46,562 bases of DNA, from positions 1 through 46,562 of the forward strand of contig JBGPHU010000002.1 in NCBI GenBank assembly GCA_041484545.1. Reading direction: 5' to 3'. The translations under genes and the position numbers were made by a program. Of the stretch, positions 24,037 to 33,500 are shown one piece after another. A model generated the notes under the pieces. The model saw nothing but the letters and a program-made list of their open reading frames with translations. It was not told the origin of the DNA and did no database searches. This DNA comes from Candidatus Eiseniibacteriota bacterium. GTDB lineage: Bacteria > Eisenbacteria > RBG-16-71-46 > SZUA-252. The first letter of the stretch is position 1. Each line of letters opens with the position of its first letter.

Positions 24037-24414
24037 GTGGCGGCAGCGTCTCCATATGATTCGATCGCTCCCGAGGACGTCGAGCGCGGGCGGCTCCTCG
24101 CCGCCGTCGCCTACCTGCCGGGACTTTGCTTTCTCGGTCTCCTCGGCGCCCCCGACAACGCCTTCATCGGCTTTCATTCCCGTCAGGGATTCCTGCTCTT
24201 CATGGTCGAGGTGGCGCTCGCGGTCTTCTTCGCGATCTACGACGGCACATTGGGAAGAATCCCGTACGTCGGGCCCTTCATCGGCTACGTCGTGAAGTTT
24301 CTCGTGTGGACGTCGGTCCTGCTCGTGACCGCGTTCGCGGCCGCCAAGGCGGCCAATGGCGAGACCACGCGCCTGCCGTATCTCGGCGATCACGTGGAGC
24401 GGGTGCCGTTCTGA
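24037..24414 (+). CDS. Small integral membrane protein (weak DUF4870-like)
   Basis: Three predicted TM helices. The GTG at 24037 lies exactly 7 nt after a -10-like hexamer. It is in the same frame as ORF 23863..24414. Confidence 0.5.
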   Translation: MAAASPYDSIAPEDVERGRLLAAVAYLPGLCFLGLLGAPDNAFIGFHSRQGFLLFMVEVALAVFFAIYDGTLGRIPYVGPFIGYVVKFLVWTSVLLVTAFAAAKAANGETTRLPYLGDHVERVPF

Positions 24415-24779
24415 TGGCCGCGCCCACCGAAAAGCGATTCTGGCTGCTCCGGCGCCTGTCGAAGGTCATGAGCGTTCTGGCCTGGGTGGTCCTCGTGATC
24501 ATCGCACTCGTGGTTCCGGTGGGTTTCGCCAGGGCGATCGTCGGCCGATCGCCCGAGGATTTCATGCAGACCCTGACCTACGGGGTGTCCGGCGGCTTCA
24601 TCTTCATCTATCTGCTCTACACGGCCCAGTGGATCCAGGTGATCCTGGCGGTCGAGGAAAATACCAAGCAGGCCACGTACGTCCTCGAGAAGCTCACGAC
24701 GCTCACGCAGCAGGTGCGGGACCGTCTGGGCGAGCCCTCCGAGCGGCCAACTCACGAACCAGGGGACAAGTTCGAATAA
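24414..24779 (+). CDS. Small membrane protein, unknown function
   Basis: The ATG at 24414 overlaps the preceding stop (TGATG). Two TM helices (VLAWVVLVIIALVVPVGF, GGFIFIYLLYTAQWIQVIL) are followed by a C-terminal helix. Confidence 0.5.
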   Translation: MAAPTEKRFWLLRRLSKVMSVLAWVVLVIIALVVPVGFARAIVGRSPEDFMQTLTYGVSGGFIFIYLLYTAQWIQVILAVEENTKQATYVLEKLTTLTQQVRDRLGEPSERPTHEPGDKFE

Positions 24780-24853
24780 GCGGCGGACGGCGTTGGCACC
24801 GGGCCCGTGCCGCGCGGAGGGCGAGCCCAAGGGGCCAGGTATGTCGTAGAAGA

Positions 24854-24935
24854 GATATTATGTCAACTACGATCCGGAGGGGATCTGGGCTCCCAAAGCC
24901 CAGCGCCATGCCCGGATCGCAGTTGTCATAATATC
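24854..24935. repeat. 82-nt nested imperfect palindrome (three-tier hairpin)
   Basis: Outer arms GATATTATGTCAAC and GTTGTCATAATATC pair 13/14. Middle arms CGATCCGG and CCGGATCG pair 8/8. Inner arms CTGGGC and GCCCAG pair 6/6 around the loop TCCCAAA. It lies between convergent genes in a lower-GC spacer. Confidence 0.7.
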
Positions 24936-25142
24936 CTGCGGTCTGCTGCCGGTTCCCCATTCCCATCCTGCGACACTCAATGAACTCAAGGCTAACGGTG
25001 GGATCCACTTTGGGAAGGCTCGTTCCGGCGCTCTTGGGGCGCGGGCTGGCTCTCGCTCTGGTCCGTCCTGTTCGGCTTCGTCGGCGGGCTCGTCGGAACC
25101 TGAGCCCGATATCGAGTGTCCAGACTCTGAATCGGCGGCGTG

Positions 25143-25973
25143 TCAACGCGTAGCTGTACTGCGGCGAACGATCACTGAGATAGTTGCCCAATCTGCTACC
25201 GGTCTCCCGTTAGAGTGAGCCGGCTCGAAGCGCCACTTCTTGGCACCTTCAATCGCCGCCTCGAGAAGCTGCGGAGCGATATTGGAGTTCCATGGCCTTC
25301 TAGGTTGGACCCAAGTTACGCGTCCGTTCCTGCCGACCGTCACCACGAGGTCTGCTTTGTCCGAGTCCGCCGCGCACGAGGGACATTGTGCGACGTATTC
25401 GCGCTTGATGGAGGGGCGAGAGTCGATGCGCGGACGCGTCGTCTCCGATTCGTCTATGGCCACGAGGTACTTGCCTCCGTAGCGAAAGCGCTGGCCGCGT
25501 TCCACTCGTGTGGCGCGGATTCTCTCTTGCCGTTCGACGTGGACCGACCCTTCATGGATGGTCACATCCAGACGGACTTCCTGCTCATCGATCGCAGGCC
25601 CTCCGGAATGTCCAATCCGGATCGTTGCGGAAATATGACGCGGACCATCACCCTGTGTGATCAGCGTTACAGGCCAGTTCATCGTCCCTGCTCCCGTGGG
25701 ACCGAGTGGAACGGTCTTCGTTCGATCCTCGGTGGCGCATTCAAGGTCTGGGCCCGGTTCCAGACGTACCGTCGCCACGGTGCCATGCAGCGAGTCAGAC
25801 TCACTCCATGCCCATACCATGATTCTCCAGGATCCATCGGAACCGACGTGTTCGGTGGGAGCCAAGCTGACGCCGAACTGCTCCCAGCCTTCCTCGGAGG
25901 GCTGGGATGCTTGGGCGCTCCCGCAAGCCAGGAGGTCGAAAAGTACAGCCAGGATCACAACGTACCGAAGCAT
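25143..25973 (-). CDS. Lipoprotein with TonB C-terminal-like domain
   Basis: Lipobox LFDLLACGS. C-terminal segment LVVTVGRNGRVTWVQP..LLEAAIEGAKKWRFEPAHSNGRPV resembles TonB_C. AGGAG Shine-Dalgarno lies 6 nt upstream. GC is lower than the surroundings. Confidence 0.55.
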   Translation of the reverse strand: MLRYVVILAVLFDLLACGSAQASQPSEEGWEQFGVSLAPTEHVGSDGSWRIMVWAWSESDSLHGTVATVRLEPGPDLECATEDRTKTVPLGPTGAGTMNWPVTLITQGDGPRHISATIRIGHSGGPAIDEQEVRLDVTIHEGSVHVERQERIRATRVERGQRFRYGGKYLVAIDESETTRPRIDSRPSIKREYVAQCPSCAADSDKADLVVTVGRNGRVTWVQPRRPWNSNIAPQLLEAAIEGAKKWRFEPAHSNGRPVADWATISVIVRRSTATR

Positions 25974-26001
25974 CGAGGACTCCTGCCCGGCTCCTGGAGA
26001 C

Positions 26002-28602
26002 TTACCTCACCACCACATTGACCAACCTCCCCGGCACGATGATGACCTGCGCCACCGTCTTTCCGGCGGCGTAGGAGCGCACCTTGGGGTCGGCCAGGGC
26101 GGCCGATTCGATGGCGGCTTTGTCGGCGCCGGTGGGCACCTCGATGCTGGAGCGCACCTTCCCGTTGACCTGGAGCACCAGCGAGATCGTGTCGCGCTCC
26201 AGGGCCTCCTTCGAGGCCGTGGGCCAACCGGCCGTGAAGATGGATCCCTGGCCGCCCAGCCGGCTCCAGGCTCCCTCGGCGGTATTGGGGGCGAGCGGAG
26301 CGAGGAGGCGCGTGCCGAGGCTCATCGCCTCGGCGATCTCCGGAGCCGTCATATCTCCCCCGGAATCACGGTATTCGTCCAGGGCGTTCACGTACTGCAT
26401 CATCCCGCTCACCGCCGTGTTCAGATGCAGGCGGTCCATGTCGGTCAGGATCTGAGACGTGAGCTGGTGCACCCGGCGTCTCAGGTCACGGCGCGGCCCG
26501 GTCTGCGACCACGCGCCCGAATGCGACCGGCCCGGGCTGAGCGGCAGCGCTCCAGGCCCTGATGCCGCAGCAACATCCTGAACCAGCTTCCAGTACTTGA
26601 TCAGGAAGCGAAACGCCCCCTCCACGCCGCGGTCGTTCCACTCGGCGTCCTTCTCCGGCGGACCGATGAAGAGGGTGTAGAGGCGGACCGTATCGGTTCC
26701 GTAGCGCTCGATCAGGTCGTCGGGCGCCACCGTGTTCTTCTTCGACTTCGACATCTTGATACCGTTCTTCGTGATCATGCCCTGCGTGAAGAGCCGCTCG
26801 AAGGGCTCGGAGAACGAAACGAACCCCATGTCGCGGAACACCTTCACGATAAATCGCGAATAGAGAAGATGCAGTATGGCGTGCTCCACCCCGCCGATGT
26901 ACTGGTTCACGGGCAGCCAGCGGTTCACCGAGGCGGTGTCGAACGCATGCCGGTCGTTCTTCGGGCTCAGGAAGCGCAGGAAGTACCAGCTGGAATCGAC
27001 GAACGTGTCCATCGTGTCGGTCTCGCGCCGGGCGGCGCCCCCGCACTTGGGGCACTTCGCGCGCAGGAACGTTTCATTCGTCTTGAGCGGCGACTCCCCC
27101 GTCGGCTTGAACTCGACCTGATCGGGCAGGAGCACCGGCAGCTCGGATTCGGGCACGGGCTGGATGCCGCACTGCTCGCAGGTCACCATCGGAATGGGCG
27201 CGCCCCAGTAGCGCTGTCGCGAGATGAGCCAGTCGCGCAGTCGGTAATTCACGCGCGCCTCCCCCGCCGACTTCGCGGCGAGCGCTTCCACGATCGCGCG
27301 CTTCCCCACGGCGCTCGAAAGGCCGTCGAAGGCGCCCGAGTTCACGAGCTTCCCTTCCCCTTCGTACGCGGCGGCGCCGTCGTACGCCGGGCCTTCGGTC
27401 GCGCGCACCACCTCGACGATCGGCAGCTTGTACTTCGTCGCGAATTCGAAGTCGCGCTGATCGTGGGCCGGCACCGCCATGATGGCGCCGGTGCCGTAGC
27501 CCAGGAGCACGTAGTTGGCGATCCAGACCGGGATGGTGGCGCCCGTCAGAGGATGCACGGCACGGATTCCCGCTTCCGCGCCTTCCTTCTCCGTCTCGAC
27601 GGCGAAGCGATTTTCCATTCGAGCGCGTCGTAGACGCTCGACCAGATCGGACGCGGCGCGCGGCAGCTTCCCGCTCTCGCGCAGCCGCGCCACCAGCGGA
27701 TGCTCCGCGGCCAGCACGACGTAGGTCGCGCCGAGGAGCGTGTCGGGACGCGTGGTGAAGACCTCGATCGTGTCCTTCGATCCTTCGATCGGAAAGCGGA
27801 TCGTCGCGCCCTCGCTCCGGCCGATCCAGTTCGTCTGCATCGTCCGGACCTTCTCCGGCCAGTGGACGAGCTGCTCCAGATCGTGGAGCAGAGGCTCGGC
27901 GTATGCGGTGATCTTGAAGTACCACTGCTCGAGGTCGCGGATTTCAACCGTGGCGCCGCAGCGCTCGCAGGCGCCGTCCACCACCTGCTCGTTCGCGAGC
28001 ACGGTGTTGCACGAGGGGCACCAGTTCACGGCGCCCTTCGCGCGATAAGCCAGGCCGCGCTCGTAGAGCTTGAGGAAGAGCCACTGGGTCCACTTGTAGT
28101 ACGAGGGGTCGCAGGAAGCGATCTCGCGCTCCCAGTCGTAGGCCAGCCCCCAGTGGACCAACTGCTCCTTCATGCGCGCGATGTTCTTCTTCGTCCAGGT
28201 CGCGGGATGGATCTGGTTCTGGATCGCCGCGTTCTCCGCGGGCAGCCCGAACGCGTCCCATCCCATGGGGGTCAGAACCGAATGCCCCTGCATCCGCTTC
28301 AGCCTCGTGACCACGTCGCCCAGGATGTAGTTCCGGCCGTGTCCCACGTGGAGATCGCCCGAGGGGTACGGGAACATGTTGAGGCAGTAGAAGGGGCGCT
28401 CCGCCTTCATGGGGTCTTTGATCTCGAAGAGGGCCTCGTCCTTCCAGAGCTTTCGCGCGGCGCGCTCCAGCTCGTGGAACGGATAGGCGTTCCTGCGCGA
28501 AGACTCCTCGGCGCCCGGCGGCACGGGATGCGAGGCGTCGGGCGGCACGGACGGTTCGGTCCCGGGCTGTCCCGGATGTTCGTCTCGGATCGACTTACCC
28601 AC
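26002..28602 (-). CDS. leuS: Leucyl-tRNA synthetase
   Basis: HIGH-type motif [18 protein letters not shown] motif IKMSKSKKN, and the CP1 editing region. About 40 aa of Pro-rich N-terminal extension. The start overlaps the holA 3' end. Confidence 0.96.
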   Translation of the reverse strand: MGKSIRDEHPGQPGTEPSVPPDASHPVPPGAEESSRRNAYPFHELERAARKLWKDEALFEIKDPMKAERPFYCLNMFPYPSGDLHVGHGRNYILGDVVTRLKRMQGHSVLTPMGWDAFGLPAENAAIQNQIHPATWTKKNIARMKEQLVHWGLAYDWEREIASCDPSYYKWTQWLFLKLYERGLAYRAKGAVNWCPSCNTVLANEQVVDGACERCGATVEIRDLEQWYFKITAYAEPLLHDLEQLVHWPEKVRTMQTNWIGRSEGATIRFPIEGSKDTIEVFTTRPDTLLGATYVVLAAEHPLVARLRESGKLPRAASDLVERLRRARMENRFAVETEKEGAEAGIRAVHPLTGATIPVWIANYVLLGYGTGAIMAVPAHDQRDFEFATKYKLPIVEVVRATEGPAYDGAAAYEGEGKLVNSGAFDGLSSAVGKRAIVEALAAKSAGEARVNYRLRDWLISRQRYWGAPIPMVTCEQCGIQPVPESELPVLLPDQVEFKPTGESPLKTNETFLRAKCPKCGGAARRETDTMDTFVDSSWYFLRFLSPKNDRHAFDTASVNRWLPVNQYIGGVEHAILHLLYSRFIVKVFRDMGFVSFSEPFERLFTQGMITKNGIKMSKSKKNTVAPDDLIERYGTDTVRLYTLFIGPPEKDAEWNDRGVEGAFRFLIKYWKLVQDVAAASGPGALPLSPGRSHSGAWSQTGPRRDLRRRVHQLTSQILTDMDRLHLNTAVSGMMQYVNALDEYRDSGGDMTAPEIAEAMSLGTRLLAPLAPNTAEGAWSRLGGQGSIFTAGWPTASKEALERDTISLVLQVNGKVRSSIEVPTGADKAAIESAALADPKVRSYAAGKTVAQVIIVPGRLVNVVVR

Positions 28603-29563
28603 GGATGGCGCGCCTCACGGTCTGAACGAGTGTCGAGGCAAGCTCGGTGTCTCGGATCTCGCCGCGCTTGAGCGCGCGGTCAGCCCGGTAGACCTGGTCC
28701 AGCACCGCGCGCGCCTTGACCACTGGAAGCGGCGCCGAGGGGCGGGCGGCGCGGCGGTAGTAGAAGCTCTGCGGCTCCAGCGCCCCGAGGGCGCATTCGG
28801 CCAGCGCCCAGAGGGCGCTCGTCCCGCCGATGCCCTCGCGGGTCAGGGCTTCCGTTTCGGCGCGCGCTTCGGCCGCGGTTCCGGCGAGCACGGCCTGCGC
28901 CCACCGCTCCACCGAGGCGCCCGCCGTCGTCTCGCGCAGCGCATCGAGCGCGCGCGCGGGAACCCGGCCTTCGGCGTCGGCGTGCGCGGCGAGCTTCCGC
29001 ATCTCCTGGCGGAAGGAGAGAAGATCGGGAGCGCTTCTATATACGGCCTCGAGTGTGGCGCCGGGAAGCTTCACGCCTTCCTCGATCGCGATGATCCCCG
29101 CCCACTCGAGCCCTTCCCCTCCCCGCGCGCGGCAGAGCACGGTCGTCGCGATGGAGGCGAGCGCGCCCAGGAACTTGAGATCTTCCGGCTCGCGCGACGT
29201 CGTGACCAGCACCGAGACGCCTTCGCCGGGCGCCTGCGCCCACGCGAGAAGGGTCTCCTCCGTCGCGCTCCCCATCTTGGAGCCCTCGCGGATCCAGACG
29301 CGTTGGGCGCCGCCGAAGAGCGAGAGGGTCGCCAGAGCGCTCGCGAGGGTCTCGGCGCCGAGCACGTCCCCCTCCAGGCGCTGGAACTCGGCACCTTCCG
29401 CTACGGCCCCCGCGCGGAACGCCTCCGCGAGCCGGCTACGCAGGAATTCGTCGGGTCCGGCGCCGAGCGTGAGGGTCGGCAAGACGCCCCCGCCCGGGCC
29501 TCCGCGCAGCAGCGCCTCCGCGTCGCGGAGCGGCGTGACGCCTCCGTGGCGCCGGGTCACCAT
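28595..29563 (-). CDS. holA: DNA polymerase III delta subunit
   Basis: 322 aa, helical and Ala/Leu-rich. It occupies the conserved lptE-holA-leuS neighbourhood. The N-terminal region ([12 protein letters not shown]) is consistent with HolA. Confidence 0.6.
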   Translation of the reverse strand: MVTRRHGGVTPLRDAEALLRGGPGGGVLPTLTLGAGPDEFLRSRLAEAFRAGAVAEGAEFQRLEGDVLGAETLASALATLSLFGGAQRVWIREGSKMGSATEETLLAWAQAPGEGVSVLVTTSREPEDLKFLGALASIATTVLCRARGGEGLEWAGIIAIEEGVKLPGATLEAVYRSAPDLLSFRQEMRKLAAHADAEGRVPARALDALRETTAGASVERWAQAVLAGTAAEARAETEALTREGIGGTSALWALAECALGALEPQSFYYRRAARPSAPLPVVKARAVLDQVYRADRALKRGEIRDTELASTLVQTVRRAIRG

Positions 29564-30129
29564 CCCTGCACCGTGCGGCTCACGACCTGATCGGTCAGCT
29601 TCTGGATGACGTCCCTCCGTCCATCGGTCTCGGTCTTCGCGGCCTCGCTGCCCACGGGGACCACATTGTACGTGGTTCTCATCGTGAGGGCGTCCTCCTT
29701 CCAGAGGTCCTTGTTCTTGACCAGGTCGCGGAACGAGATCGCCACCGTGAGGACGATCTCGTACTCGGTGGCGCGCTCGGCCGAGGTGTACCCGAACACC
29801 TGGTTCTTATACGCCACGATGGTGCCGCGCAGGACGGCGTTGGCGTCGCGCTCCTGGGCGATGCGGAGATGACGGTCGTTCAGGAATCCGTTCACCATCG
29901 ATTGCGTGATGTCGTCGGAGAGTCCGAACTCGACGGTGTTGTTCCCGAAGGCCGGGATGGCGATCGTTTTCAGGTGCGGCGGGAGCGCGCTTCGAACCGT
30001 GTAGGCGCATCCGCCGGCCAGCGCGGCGAGCGCGGCGAGGAGGAAGGCGATGCCGAGGCTCGCGCGGAGGCGCGGGGTGAAACGGGTAGCGCTACCCCAC
30101 ATCCGCTGCGGGTGTGTCCTGGAAGCCAT
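29557..30129 (-). CDS. lptE: LptE-like LPS-assembly lipoprotein
   Basis: Lipobox LAALAGGCAY, about 170 aa mature length, and a position next to holA and leuS. An alternative start at 30102 (MWGS..) would reduce the overlap with the regulator gene. Confidence 0.55.
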   Translation of the reverse strand: MASRTHPQRMWGSATRFTPRLRASLGIAFLLAALAALAGGCAYTVRSALPPHLKTIAIPAFGNNTVEFGLSDDITQSMVNGFLNDRHLRIAQERDANAVLRGTIVAYKNQVFGYTSAERATEYEIVLTVAISFRDLVKNKDLWKEDALTMRTTYNVVPVGSEAAKTETDGRRDVIQKLTDQVVSRTVQGW

Positions 30130-31522
30130 AGAGTTTCATCCGGTACCGGAGTTTGTCCCTCTTCATCTGCAGCAGGCCGGCCGTCCGGCTCTGGTTTCCC
30201 CCCGAGCGGTCGAGGGCGCGCTGGATGATATCGCGTTCGATCTGTCCCAGGGTGCCTTCGAGGTCGAACCCTTCATCGGGAATCTGCCCCGACTCGAGCA
30301 CCGAGCGGAGCGTCTGGATCGACGAGGAGTCGCCTTTCGCGGACTGAGGCGTGATGGCGCTCGTCAGATGCTGGGTCACGATCTTGTTCCCCTGGGACAG
30401 GAGCACGATCCGCTCGAACAGGTTCCGCAGCTCCCGGATGTTCCCGGGCCACGGATAGGACAATAACACCTGTTCGGCGGCGGAATCGACCGCCTCGAAC
30501 GATTTCCCGAACTGCTTGTTGAACTGGGCGAGGAAGTGCTTGGCCAGGGGGAGGATTTCCTCGCGGCGCTCCCGGAGCGGCGGGACGCGGATCGGCACGA
30601 CCTTGAGGCGGTAGTAGAGGTCCTCGCGGAAACGCTGCTCCCGGACCATGGTCTCGAGATTCTGGTTCGTGGCCGAGATGACCCGCACGCTCACCGTGAT
30701 GTCCTTCGTGCCTCCGACGCGCTTGAACGTCATGCGCTCGAGCACGCGGAGGAGCTTCACCTGGATGGTGAGCGACATCTCGCCCACCTCGTCCAGAAAG
30801 AGCGTTCCGCCGTCCGCCAGCTCCAGCAATCCCTGCTTCTGCTGCCGCGCGTCCGTGAAGGCGCCCTTCTCGTGTCCGAAGAGCTCCGACTCCAGAAGCT
30901 CCCTGGGAATCGCGGCGCAGTTCACCTCGAGCATCGGCTTGTCGCGCCGCGACGAGAGCTCGTGGATCCAGTGCGCGATCAGCTCCTTCCCGGTGCCGCT
31001 CTCCCCCTCGATCAGGACGCTCGTGGAATCGCTCTGCGCGACCTGCTCCACGATCGTGTAGACCTGCTCCATGGCGGGGCTCCGCCCGCGGACGAACTCG
31101 CGCGAGAACTTCTGGCTCTTCTCCTGGCGATGGTGCTGCACCTCGCGGCCCAGGCTCTGCGACGAAAGCTCGCGCTCGAGCACGAGCAAGAGCTCCTCGC
31201 GGATCGGCTTTCCCTTGGTGAGGTAGTCCCGGGCGCCAAGGCGCATGGCCTGCACGGCGGTTTCGTGATCGGGCTCGCCCGTGAGCATGACCACGATCTG
31301 CTCGGGCCACTGCGCCCGGATTCTCTCCAGCACCTGGATGCCGGTGAGATCGGGCAGGCGGATGTCGAGGAGCACGAGATCTGCGGGCTCCTTCTCGAGG
31401 ATCTGAAGCCCGGCCTTCCCCGAATCGGCCGTGAGGACCTGATAACCCTCCGCCTTCAGCTCGCGCGGAAGGAAATGGCGGATCGTCTCGTCGTCATCGA
31501 TGACCAGTACCGTTGCCTTCAT
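30092..31522 (-). CDS. Sigma54-dependent response regulator (NtrC family; PrsR-like by context)
   Basis: Receiver domain (VLVIDDD..LLDIRLPD). AAA+ domain has GESGTGKE, a GAFTDA loop and the RFREDLYYRL region. C-terminal Fis-type HTH GNQSRTAGLLQMKRDKLRYRMK. Confidence 0.9.
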   Translation of the reverse strand: MKATVLVIDDDETIRHFLPRELKAEGYQVLTADSGKAGLQILEKEPADLVLLDIRLPDLTGIQVLERIRAQWPEQIVVMLTGEPDHETAVQAMRLGARDYLTKGKPIREELLLVLERELSSQSLGREVQHHRQEKSQKFSREFVRGRSPAMEQVYTIVEQVAQSDSTSVLIEGESGTGKELIAHWIHELSSRRDKPMLEVNCAAIPRELLESELFGHEKGAFTDARQQKQGLLELADGGTLFLDEVGEMSLTIQVKLLRVLERMTFKRVGGTKDITVSVRVISATNQNLETMVREQRFREDLYYRLKVVPIRVPPLRERREEILPLAKHFLAQFNKQFGKSFEAVDSAAEQVLLSYPWPGNIRELRNLFERIVLLSQGNKIVTQHLTSAITPQSAKGDSSSIQTLRSVLESGQIPDEGFDLEGTLGQIERDIIQRALDRSGGNQSRTAGLLQMKRDKLRYRMKLYGFQDTPAADVG

Positions 31523-31536
31523 TCAGGCTCCCCCGC

Positions 31537-33414
31537 TCAGGCGGCCGCGGGCAGGAGAATGCGGAAGCGGGTTCCCTGCCCCGGCGCGCTCACGACCTCG
31601 ATCGATCCCCCGTGGCGCTGCACGATCCCGTGCGCCACGAAGAGGCCCAGGCCGGTGCCCTTCGGCCGCGTCGTGTAGAACGGCTCGAAGAGGTGCGGCA
31701 GATGCTCGGGCGATATACCGGCTCCCGTATCCGAGACCTCGATCTCCACGCGCGGGGTCGGCGGGTTCCCGACGAGGCGCGCGCGGATCGTCACGCGGCC
31801 CTCGCCCTCGATCGCCTGGACCGCGTTCTGGATGAGGTTCAGAAAGACTTGGAGGAGCTGGTCGGTATCGGCCAGGACCTTGGGCCAATCATCGGCACCC
31901 TCGAGACGGATCTCGACTCCTCCCTCCTGGACCGACGGGGCCAGGGTCCGGAGGGCGCGGGCGGCCACGTCGGAGAGCGAGACGGGCCCCAGGGTGAGCA
32001 TTCGGGGCCTCGTGGCGGAGAGAAGGTCCTGGACGATGGAATTGAGGCGCGAGACTTCGCGAAGGATGAACTGGACGTCTACGCGCCGCTCGTCCCCCTC
32101 CGGAAAGCCCCGGCTCAGGTACTCCACCCCCGTCGCGATCCCGGTCAAGGGGTTGCGGATCTCGTGGGCGACGCTCGAAGCGAACCGCCCGAGAGCGGCA
32201 AGACGGTCCAATTGTCGGATTCGTTCTTCCATGCTGCGCACGTCCGAGAGATCGGTGAGCGTGGCCACCGCGCCGCGCGTCCGCCCCTCTGCGTCCCGGA
32301 GGGGGGCCGCGTTCACCTCGACCGGGATGGTGCTGCCGTCCTGCCGGCGCACGATGTGCTCGGAAGGCGCGCCGGCGCCGCTCTGGCCCAGCGCCCGGAG
32401 CAACGCCTCCTGCCAACCCTCGGCGCCGCCGATCTGATCGATGGTCTTCGCCAGCGTGGTTTCGCGCGGGGCTCCGAGGATCTCCTCGGCGGAGCGGTTC
32501 CAGGCCAGGATCTGGCCCTCGCGGTCCACCGCGACGACGCCGAGCGGCATGCTCTCGATCACGTCCTCCCGGAAACGCGCCTCGAGATCCAGCGCCTCGT
32601 TCAGGCTCAGGTTCACGCAGAGGGCGCCCAGCGCGGGCACGATCGCCTCGACCGAATCCTGGCGCGCCCGGTCCGATTCGCCGGCGATCCCCATGATCCC
32701 CACGAGCCGGTGAAACTGGCAGGGCGAGCACATGAGCCGTCCGTCCGTGTGGGCCCCGAGGGGCGCGCCCGTCAGGACGCACGACTTCCCTTCCACGCAC
32801 GATCCGGGGCAGGCCGGCTGGACTCCGCTCAGCCTTTCCTCGGGCATTTCGCCGCGGATCGGGACGGGATGCCAGGGGCCGCCCCGCGGGTCCCCCCAGG
32901 GGTCGGCCGGGAGGGTGGGCTCCCCTTCACCCAGCGTGAGCCAGCGCAGCCACTCGGGATCCATGTCGCGGAGCGATACGCGTCCGGACCGGGCTTCCGG
33001 CTCGCCGCCCGCGCCCAGACTCCAGATCGCGAACACCGGCGGATTGCCGCGCCTCAAGGCGAGCCAGAGACGGGGCTCGTTGAGCGCGCGCGCCAGGTAC
33101 TGGAGGAGCGTCTGGAAGGGGCTCGACCCGGGTCCGGGCACGGCGAACGCCATGAGCTCGCCCAGGCCCTTCAGCTGAACGCGGGTGGCGAGCTCCCGGC
33201 GGAAGTTGCCCTCCAGATCCCGGAGGAGGATCTCGACCAGCGCCTCGGCCGGATGGCTTGAGCTGGTCGCCGCCACGGGAAGCGATTCCGCGAGGGGCGG
33301 CAGGCCGCACAGGGCGCGGATCTCCTCGGCGCGCCGCCAGAGCGCCTCGAGGTCCCATCCCTGGGTCTTGTGGTCGGGTTTGGTCAAGGGGGAGCGGGTC
33401 CGCCGATGCCGCAA
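31537..33414 (-). CDS. Soluble sensor histidine kinase (GAF-like with Cys cluster, PAS, HisKA, HATPase)
   Basis: H-box SSVAHEIRNPLTGI, N-box FLNLIQNAVQA, G-boxes DTGAGI and GTGLGL. PAS segment MPLGVVAVDREGQILAWNRSAEEILG. No TM helix is seen. It ends 14 nt upstream of the regulator gene. Confidence 0.88.
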   Translation of the reverse strand: MRHRRTRSPLTKPDHKTQGWDLEALWRRAEEIRALCGLPPLAESLPVAATSSSHPAEALVEILLRDLEGNFRRELATRVQLKGLGELMAFAVPGPGSSPFQTLLQYLARALNEPRLWLALRRGNPPVFAIWSLGAGGEPEARSGRVSLRDMDPEWLRWLTLGEGEPTLPADPWGDPRGGPWHPVPIRGEMPEERLSGVQPACPGSCVEGKSCVLTGAPLGAHTDGRLMCSPCQFHRLVGIMGIAGESDRARQDSVEAIVPALGALCVNLSLNEALDLEARFREDVIESMPLGVVAVDREGQILAWNRSAEEILGAPRETTLAKTIDQIGGAEGWQEALLRALGQSGAGAPSEHIVRRQDGSTIPVEVNAAPLRDAEGRTRGAVATLTDLSDVRSMEERIRQLDRLAALGRFASSVAHEIRNPLTGIATGVEYLSRGFPEGDERRVDVQFILREVSRLNSIVQDLLSATRPRMLTLGPVSLSDVAARALRTLAPSVQEGGVEIRLEGADDWPKVLADTDQLLQVFLNLIQNAVQAIEGEGRVTIRARLVGNPPTPRVEIEVSDTGAGISPEHLPHLFEPFYTTRPKGTGLGLFVAHGIVQRHGGSIEVVSAPGQGTRFRILLPAAA

Positions 33415-33500
33415 CGACAGGAGCGGCAGTCGTGAAGCTTCACCCGCCGCACGCTAGCACCGGGTGCGACGGAGGGTCAAGCGGAGGACCGTCCGGGGAG

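Noticed and set aside
24795-24812. Plus-strand TGGCAC after the stop of the small membrane gene, and a 5-bp GGCAC/GTGCC stem
   Set aside because: The -12 GC is mis-spaced by 2 nt and no plus-strand gene follows. The stem is too short and lacks a U-tract, so I do not call it a terminator.
24854-24935. Reading the nested hairpin as an integron attC site
   Set aside because: The outer arms do not fit the RYYYAAC / GTTRRRY core sites. The CAAC/GTTG motifs lie in the wrong position. No intI gene or cassette array is present.
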